This document shows, one piece after another, positions 54,990-64,000 of a stretch of DNA of 64,000 nucleotides (the stretch's first letter is position 1; every line of letters begins with the position of its first letter). The stretch comes from Eledone cirrhosa. Taxonomy: Eukaryota. The notes below the pieces were generated by a model. That model worked only from the letters and a program-made list of their open reading frames with translations, did no database searches and was not told the DNA's origin. The DNA lies in contig OZ024758.1 in NCBI GenBank assembly GCA_964016885.1, positions 5,084,001 through 5,148,000 on the forward strand, read 5' to 3'. A program made the translations under genes and the position numbers.

Positions 54990-55210
54990 CTATAAACTCC
55001 TGCAAAATAAGTTAAAATTCTATAAAATAAGTTAAACGCCTGCAAAATAGCAGTTAAACACCTGCAAAATAGCAGTTAAAATCCTGTAAAATAAGTTAAA
55101 ATCCTGTAAAATAACACTTAAAATCCTGTAAAATAACTGTTAAAATTCTGTAAAATAAGTTAAACTCCTGCAAAATAATAGTTAAAATCCTGCAAAATAA
55201 GAATCAAAAT
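54990..55210. repeat. ~21-bp minisatellite (CCTGYAAAATAAGTTAAAAT-like)
   Basis: About 10 degenerate copies. Confidence 0.85.
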
Positions 55211-58200
55211 TGTTAAGAAAATGAATGTTTTTTGTTCATAGTGTACATCTCTTCATTTCTTAGAAATCGTTAAAGATATTCAAATAGTGTTATTTAATTG
55301 ATTGAATTTTACAATTCCTATTGTCTATTATACTGTATAAACAAATACAGCGCTAACTGCTCTGTTTATAAGGCTCATGTTTTCTTTCTCGATGAATTCT
55401 TTAGAAAGTAAAGACGTTCAGGTTTGTTTTTTTTAAAGAATTGAATTAATAATGATAGTTCAGAAACATGAAATTTGCTTTTATTAAGTCTTTTTAAAAT
55501 ATTCACTTTTTTCAATAGAGATAAATAGTGTAATGAATAAATAAATATATTGACAACGAATATATTGGACATGTTTAAAGAAAATTTTACATTGGGTGGA
55601 AAAAAAGAATTCTTCTTGTGAGAGATAAACGTAAACTTTGATAATAACAATTAACTTGTTATTCTTACCATCTCTTTTTGTCTTGTTTCTATAGTTATGC
55701 GAACAAAGTTGATTTCATTTCAATGTTTCTAGCATTTCTGAATACCATAAAAGATGTACTTTAAAATCTATATTAACTACACTAGTTATAACATTTCTTG
55801 ATCTCTTATGATGCTAAATATAATTTAGTAATGATTGGTGTTGATGACTAAAATCTACTGTGTTCTTTCCGTTAGGAGCTCAGAAGAAACCTATTCTAGA
55901 TTTTCATAAATAAATACCGGTCGCTCTCCGACAGGTTTGCGGTCGTACCCTTGGCAGTGGAGACTTCTGGTATCCACGGCCCTAGGGCTACCTCCCAACA
56001 CACCACCATAGGCGCTGAGCTAACCAGCCACAGGTGTGAACCTCGCGAGTTGGAATGACTCTTCCAGCGCGTCTCCCTTGCCGTCCACCGGGGCTGTAGG
56101 GAGGCCATCAGTATGATTGACTGTCATTTTATGATGTACTTTTTATATATCTATATCTGTCCAACACCAACTTAGGTTGCTGTATATTTTGGCCTTCTAA
56201 ATATTTTTTATTAATAATTAAAAACGGAAAAGAAATGTAAAGGCAAGGAATGTAGGGTGTTGGGGCTGTGTACCGCGGACAATGGCCAGCGACACCTGCT
56301 GCAACAACCAGCCCACCTTGCGGGGCTCCTTCCTTCCTCAGTCGGGCTGTTGACGTTCCGACCTTGCCTTCAAGGGCAATACACAATGCTTATTCCGTTG
56401 TCAGGACTGCGTTGTGTTCAAGAACGTGATACGCAGCCTAATATTTCCAACCAATTAATACTTAATAGAAATAGTCAAACGTGTCTTTATATTCTGAAAT
56501 CAACTCCAATTGGAGTCCCCTTTATTGTTCATTCTACAGGGGTTTATAAAATATGCACTACTAATTTACGAATTTTAGTTGTGCCTTTAAACTTTCTTCT
56601 TACAAACATTAACCTTCTAAGTATAATACCTCAAGGTTTTGGTATAGAGGTAAAAACACAGAAACTAAGACTTGCAAGGTGAATATAACAAATATTCTCC
56701 AAGCTACGCACTCTATCGAGTAACGTTACCCCAAAGACCCTTCGAAGAAACCCCATTTTGGCCGCTTGTATTCTTTGTCAAATTTACCCCAAATTCATGA
56801 CCGTGGGAAAGGCTTAGCACGAATGCCGAATTGAAGAGTTTAACTTTTACATTCACCTCCCTTCTTCTGGTTACTTAATGATGAAGTTAGCACATTACTG
56901 CACCAGCTCCTGTAATTCTGGCACAAGTTCTGTAAATAGGATTTTGCAATTCTTCAACATTTTAGAATGACTCGGTCACAAGAAATCTCAAATTACAATG
57001 CATTTCTAGAAGCTGACTTATGCAGACCTGTCAACTCTTCCCGTCCGACGTGGAGATTTCCCACCCACTTTGGGGTGGGTGACAGATGTCTTCTTTTGTG
57101 AAAATGGGTATAGCTTTCATTATGTAAAATCTCCCCAGAGCGGTGGATTGGCAGCATCGGTAAAGTCGGACACCATGCTTTGCAGCATAGAGTTACGGTC
57201 CTTTACGGTCTGAGTTCAAATCCCGCCGTGGTTAACTATGTTCATCCTTACGGGGTCGATAAAATAAAGTACCAGTCACGTACTGGAGTCGATTTAATCG
57301 ACTTTCCCCTCCCCCAAATTATTGGTCTTGTGCCTATACTAGAAATCATTATGTAAAATCTCCCCATTTTGCTTCATTTCTCCCCGATTTGGGGCACTTT
57401 TATTCATGGCACTCCCCGTTTGGGTTCTTAGAAGTTGGCAGGTATGCTTATGGTATTGGGAGACCACATTTAACGTGTATTAGTCAGAAGAGGGTTCACC
57501 AAAGAATATTTACTTACTCTTACAATAAGTTATATTGCTTCAAATATACATATTTCCAAATAAGGAAAGATATCACACGACTAAAAGTTACATTGGTAGT
57601 TCAACATATCTAAAGATATCGAGTTATCTACGTATGTAGTATATTTGTCTATATAGGTGATTATACCAAATATCAACCTATAAAACATATATTATATGTT
57701 GTTCCAGATACGATAACTGTAGAAAGTACTTTTATATAATATTCTGCTATTTTGCTGCCTTGTTTAGCTTATAAATATATTAACCAAAACTGATAACGGT
57801 TCAGGGAAACATAATTGTTTGAAAGATGGACAACGTCTAAGGCCCCAATTTTATTATATATGTGGCAACCATTTTTATATTTAGCCGTTAAGTTTAAAAT
57901 TAATAATAGATAGATCACAAGTTGATCGACATTTGATCTTCTATTGAAGGAAACTACAAAAGAAATGAAACACATATTCGTATTTATCAAATTGTTTTAT
58001 CAACGTGAAACGATACAACAGGGAAATAACTCTAATAACCGAGATGGTTCCATTGTTAATATTTTCCTAAAATATGACATTTATCTGTTGTAGTGAAATG
58101 GATAATTTACTAACTAAAATATAATCATTGACTTTTCCATAGATACGGGGATTAAGTACGTATCTAGTTATATTGTCTTATGCAGAGCATCACTCCGTTA

Positions 58201-58269
58201 CACATACACTTTCATAATACACTGAAATATAATCACACTAATGTAAATGCTGAATGTGCGTCTCAATAT

Positions 58270-59335
58270 ATACACACACACAGACACACACACAGACACA
58301 CACAGACAGACACAGACAGACACACAGACAGACACAGACAAACACACAGACAGACACAGACAAACACACACACAGACACACAGACAGACACAGAGAGACA
58401 GGGAAACAGAGACAGAGAAACAGACACAGACAGAGAAACAGAGACAGAGACACAGAGACAGAGACACAGAGACACAGACACAGAGACAGACACAGAGACA
58501 GACACAGAGACAGACACAGAGACAGACACAGAGACAGACACAGAGACAGACACAGAGACAGACACAGAGACAGACACAGAGACAGACACACAGAGACAGA
58601 CACACAGAGACAGACACACAGAGACAGACACACAGAGACAGACACACAGAGACAGACACACAGAGACAGAGACACAGAGACAGAGACACAGAGACAGAGA
58701 CAGAGACACAGAGACACAGAGACAGAGACACAGAGACAGAGACACAGAGACGGAGACACAGAGACGGAGACACAGAGACACAGAGACACAGAGACACAGA
58801 GACAGAGACACAGAGACACAGAGACAGAGACACAGAGACACAGAGACACAGAGACAGAGAGACAGAGACACAGAGACAGAGAGACAGAGACACAGAGACA
58901 CAGAGAGACAGAGAGACACAGAGACAGAGACACAGAGACAGAGACACAGACACAGAGACAGAGACACAGACACAGAGACAGAGACACAGAGACACAGAGA
59001 CACAGATACACAGATACACAGAGACACAGAGACACAGAGACACACAGAGACACACAGAGACACACAGAGACACACAGAGACACAGATACACAGAGACACA
59101 GAGACACAGAGACATACACAGAGACACAGAGACATACACAGAGACATACACAGAGACATACACAGAGACATACACAGAGACATACACAGAGACATACACA
59201 GAGACATACACAGAGACATACACAGAGACATACACAGAGACATACACAGAGACATACACAGAGACATACACAGAGACATACACAGAGACATACACAGAGA
59301 CATACACAGAGACATACACCATGACAGAGACAGAT
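58270..59335. repeat. Compound (GACACA/GAGACA)n microsatellite ending in a 12-bp unit CACAGAGACATA
   Basis: Directly visible; it explains all ORFs in 58180-59428. Confidence 0.97.
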
Positions 59336-59961
59336 ACTTGGGTTTATGCTGCATCAATGTCTAAAAGCCTCCTTACTCCGAAATATCGTGAACAAATTCT
59401 TATTAATTATCTAAATAGTGTTATCTAAATAGTAATTCTAATTCCAAATGCCATGGAAGAATTATTAATAATTTGAAGTCAGTTTTCCAGTGTCTCTCAT
59501 TGGAATTATATGTTTGGCTTCACTTTGGAAATAAATAAATAAATAATTTATGGTCAACTCGTCAAACTGTTGATTGCATGTAATTATCCATTTCAGCGAA
59601 AACCTATGGTTTTGAAATGCTAATAAAGTTTATTTTGGTACCACGAAGAAAAAACATATTTATAACAACTGACTAGCGATATGTTGTATATTGTTTTTTG
59701 TGTGTTTTTGTTTGTTTTTTGTTGTTTTTTTCTTTTAATATTATTGTTATTCCAGTTAAATAACTACAGATATGAATATTAATTTGAGATTACCTAAAGT
59801 CATATTACATCTGCTTCAATGAAGAAGTATTTCTAAAGATGAATATAATCTAATTTGGAAAGCAATAATGGTGTGGACAGTTCCTTCTATATAATATGTG
59901 ATATAAAACATGTCGATATATAACGTGAGACAGCAATGTATGAAGAACCTGCTTGGATGGA

Positions 59962-59998
<37 letters not shown>

Positions 59999-60000
59999 TA

Positions 60001-60160
60001 AAACGAAGGAAGTGTGGTAAGGAACCAGGTGGATCATAACGCACCAGAGTACTCGATACTTTGGGTTCAGCCAGACTACTGCTGTGCTAACAATACTGCG
60101 TGAGTTCAAAACTAGATGTCGAAACGGCCGGAGCTCAGCCGTCGGGGTCCTCACTCTTTT

Positions 60161-60163
<3 letters not shown>
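60001..60163. mobile_element. Family A element with oppositely oriented halves
   Basis: Tail on the minus strand joined to a + strand arm GTCGAAACGGCCGGAGCTCAGCCGTC; followed by (TA)n. Confidence 0.65.
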
Positions 60164-60204
<41 letters not shown>

Positions 60205-60207
<3 letters not shown>

Positions 60208-60537
60208 GATATTAAATAAATGGAAACTATATTTATAAAACCATATCTATTTCATTATATATATTTCAGGGATATCATATTAACAATATGTTATGCCTTC
60301 CTCAGACAAAATACAATATAGACAGTTTTATAAATAAATAGATTTGACATACCGTTCAACATAACATATTGTTAATATGATATCCCTGAAATATATATAA
60401 TGAAATAGATATGGTTTTATAAATATAGTTTCCATTTATTTAATATCGTAAATATACTCCAAATACTTGTTGAGTGCTTTTATATCAGTTATAAATATTT
60501 ACTAGTTGTAACCCAACAATTTAAATATAACTTTCCA
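60205..60537 (+). mobile_element. Fold-back element in (TA)n with GTTGAGTGCT tail
   Basis: About 91-bp perfect inverted arms (60205-60295 / 60360-60450). Confidence 0.7.
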
Positions 60538-60714
60538 TATATATATATATATATATATATAAATTTTGAGTATATGTTGGTTGTTTACCGACACCTCACA
60601 ATGCAGATTGGAGCACTCGACGAAGTACGCAGGTTGGTTTGGTTACTCCGGAGTAATATAAAATAAAATAAGTAAGTCAAATATTTAAAATTTGGCTTCG
60701 TTTATTAAAGGTGT

Positions 60715-60769
60715 ACTGCTATATATATTTCGGTGACAGCCATACTTAGCTGTGGCTTCTTCAGGCAGT
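60715..60769 (-). ncRNA. Type I hammerhead ribozyme in element 60562-60880
   Basis: Minus strand ACTGC-CTGAAGA-agcc ACAGC..GCTGT cacc-GAAA-TATATA-TA-GCAGT, then AATAAA and tail GTCGAGTGCTC. Confidence 0.7.
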
Positions 60770-60879
60770 CCGAATTGGTGTGGTAGAGACAGGTACACAT
60801 GTTGTTGAAGTGTTTAACTCCGTCAATACTCCGATATGCTCAGTTCCTGGTTGGGTTGTTATTTCTCTGAGGAACTGGA

Positions 60880-60926
<47 letters not shown>

Positions 60927-61399
60927 GTTCCACAACAGTTAGTTCACCATACCGAGAACAAATGTTTCACCTTATTCTCAGCTCGGTCTAGAGACCGAAA
61001 CTCGTCCCATGGACTGCGTGCTCTACTATTACGGATATTACCCTCCAGATATGTAATATCTATCAGTGTCGGCTGAAATGTTGATAGGCTGATCAAGATA
61101 CTCTCATGGAATGACCAAATGAAGTTTATTTTTAAACATACGAGAGTGGACTGAAATTTTCACATGCTGATTATGAAGGAGTGATGCTAGTGCTGTGAAA
61201 TCTTGCATGCATTAATTTCAACTTTTCTTATTAACTTCATTCTTCCGTTCCAGGGACTATGTTGAAAAATAAACAACATTTAGTCATTCCATGAGAGTAT
61301 CTTGGTCAGTCTAATATTATTTACATGTAGCAAACATGTAGATTTCATTTCATTTGTCAACCCCAAAAAAGTCATTCGAAAATATAAATGACGAATTCC

Positions 61400-61820
61400 A
61401 TAATGGTTTCTGATGTAGACACAAGGTCAACAATTTGGGGAGAAAAGAAAGTCGAGTACATCGACCCCAATACGTTGCTGGTACTTTATTTTATCGACCC
61501 CGGAAGGATGAAAAGCAAAGCTAACCTCAGTGGGATTGGAACTGAGAATTTAAGGGGCCATAGCTCCATGCCACGAAGCGTGTTGTCCGACGCTCTACCG
61601 ATTCTGTCAATCCACCTTTTAATAACCAATTACATAATAATTGCTTCTACTTTTGGCACAAGGCCATCAATTACCCAGTACATTACTGGTACTTTATTTT
61701 ATCGACCTCGTAAGGATGAAAGGCGAAGTTAACCTCGGCGGGATTTGAACTCAGACCGCAAGGGGCCGTAACTCTTTGCTGCAAAGCATAACGTCCGACC
61801 CTCTACCGATACTGCCAAAG
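61400..61820 (-). mobile_element. Two SINE family 1 copies
   Basis: Consensus match on the minus strand. Confidence 0.8.
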
Positions 61821-62769
61821 ACATCTGCTATATATGTGTATTTAATATGCTGCAAGTAATTATGTCTTCAGAAAAATATTATTAGTATCTGTATCTATCA
61901 TTGTAGAATGAATGGTTAACCATTTATATTTCCATAACGTATAGAACAATGGTTCTTCCTCGTTGTCAATAACCATTATATAGAATTCTCTAAATAAATC
62001 CGTACCGCCTTTCTACACAAATATGACACAGAATATGACGGACAATTTTCTTGTTGATTTCTGGAAGAAACAAAATGGAGTGTCCATTAGTTTAATTACA
62101 GCTAATGAAATGTATATAATACTACACTGATGCTGTCAGTTTATAAATGTCTTGATTTTAAATCCATTTTACATGGAATTGATGAAAGGTGATAATTATA
62201 TAAGAACAGGTAAATGTTTTTTTTTATTAATGTAATTGAAATAAGCAGGAAACAAATAAGATTTTATGGAGCCAATTAAGATCATTTGTTTAATCTTCTA
62301 TCACAATTTCTAAACAACAGCATCGTTGCTTTTCTACATGTTGTGAGATATATTTTAAAATCATTACCAGATGTTCAGTTTTATAATGTTAATTTCCATT
62401 TATATAATATTGAATCTGATCATTATTAAGCTGTATGAGTTGTTCATTAATTAAACCAAGCAATATGATTTTCATTTGGTATTTTATAACCATTTACTTC
62501 AGTTAATAATTTATTTCTATTGCGGACGCCCACGAACAGTCTTTATGCAATATCAGTTCTAAATTAACCTGTCTCAATTTTGCAGCCTTCGACTGAAGCT
62601 TGAACGTCACAAATGTTCTATATTTCTCAAATTTAAAGTTTACATTGAGTCAAATTTAACGTTAATAATTTATCAAATATAACAAAATAGACTTTAGTAT
62701 AATAAGAAGCAGTTGGGTGATGGATATTTCCTTTATTTTCTCTTAGACATTATCTCTGTAAATGAAATG

Positions 62770-62970
62770 TCTATTACTGCTGCTACTACTACTATTGCTA
62801 TTACTACTGCTACTATTACTACTGCTACTATTACTACTGCTACTATTACTACTGCTACTATTACTACTGCTACTATTACTACTGCTACTATTACTACTGC
62901 TAGTATTACTACTGCTACTATTACTACTGTTATTACTGTTACTACCACTAGTATTACTGCTACTACTACT
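62770..62970. repeat. 15-bp (ACTACTGCTACTATT)n repeat
   Basis: Directly visible. Confidence 0.95.
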
Positions 62971-64000
62971 GCCTCCTTCGGTTAGGGCTAACCTGAAGAT
63001 ATCAAAATATCTACGGTATATGGCCACAATATTGAAATGCATTATTTCTAGGTGGATTGGCAGTATCGGTAGAGGGTCAGACACCATGCTTTCCAGCATA
63101 GTTACGTCCCTTTACGATCTGAGTTCAAATCCCGCCGAGGTTGACTTTGCCTTTCATCCTTACGGGGTCGATAAAATAAAGTACCAGTAATGCATCTTCT
63201 CATAATGCCGTCTCTCTCTGGTTTTCAAATAGGTACCATTCCCCTCACCCCAACATCATCACAATGATTCTATTTAATCGTACTCTGTATTACAACAATA
63301 TTCTGGAATATATTTGGCATTCACGTTTACCGTACGTATTATCTAACTAATTCTATTCCCACATATTCTAGACGTTAATCCAACTTAGGTAAATATTAGT
63401 TTAAGAAGCTATATTAATGTGTTACACTCCATAACTTAGAATATAATCTTTTGTCATAACGTCAAGCAAACTTTGATAAAAATAAAATTCCATTTGTAAG
63501 TCGTAATGTCACCTCCGTATTGTGTATTATTAACAAATATGGAAAGACATGTTTTACTACCGTATTATAAATCGTATCTAAGCAAATGTCATCTGACTTG
63601 TAAATATATAGGGTGAACCAAAACAAAATGCATAAAACTTTTATTAAAATGCTGTTGAAGTGTGTATACATTTTTAGGGGACACTCTGTATGTATTTTTG
63701 CACAAATGTTATTTTTTCTGACATTACCTCGTTGCCAAATTGATTCGCGCTTTTCTTTGTCTTCCCCAGTGTTTGCTCATATCTACTCATGTTCGTTCTC
63801 AAAAATATCTTGTTGAACTGTAGTCTTCGGAAACAGCGATTTTTCTTTTTTTTTCATTTCTTTTCATTTTTTTTTTCCATTTTTTTTCCATTTTTTTATT
63901 TTTTATTTTATTTTCATTTTTTTTTTTCATTTTTTTTTTTCATTTTTTTTTTTCATTTTTTTTTTTTCATTTTTTTTTTTTCATTTCTTTTAACATTTTT

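Noticed and set aside
58180-59428. Six long overlapping ORFs
   Set aside because: They are translations of a stop-free GACACA-type microsatellite.
60975-61012. GGTC taga GACC-GAAACTCGTC half-hammerhead
   Set aside because: It has no CUGANGA-like core and no stem I.

Overview
This is AT-rich, repeat-dominated eukaryotic non-coding DNA, and I found no host protein-coding exon I can support. Nearly all track ORFs are microsatellite translations. The mix of dense (TA)n/(CA)n/(ACC)n microsatellites, two tRNA-headed SINE families, RTE-type LINE 3' ends, hAT/mariner/piggyBac MITEs and Helitron ends resembles coleoid cephalopod (Octopus-like) DNA; this is inference from recalled repeat sequences, not a database result. 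The main unexplained structure is a set of about 20 short elements (roughly 70-550 bp) from about 10 sequence families, mostly embedded in (TA)n runs. They share one architecture: an optional inverted (fold-back) arm, a type I hammerhead ribozyme (HHR), often AATAAA, and a tail carrying a shared CTCTR...ATYGAGYRCT motif. By eye I could fold several complete or near-complete hammerheads, including non-canonical cores (UUGANAA with U3-A8 covariation, CCGANGA) and greatly enlarged stem II. The best interpretation is truncated/inverted pseudo-LTR remnants of microsatellite-targeting Penelope-like retroelements (PLEs). All structures were folded manually and coordinates may be off by a few bases.
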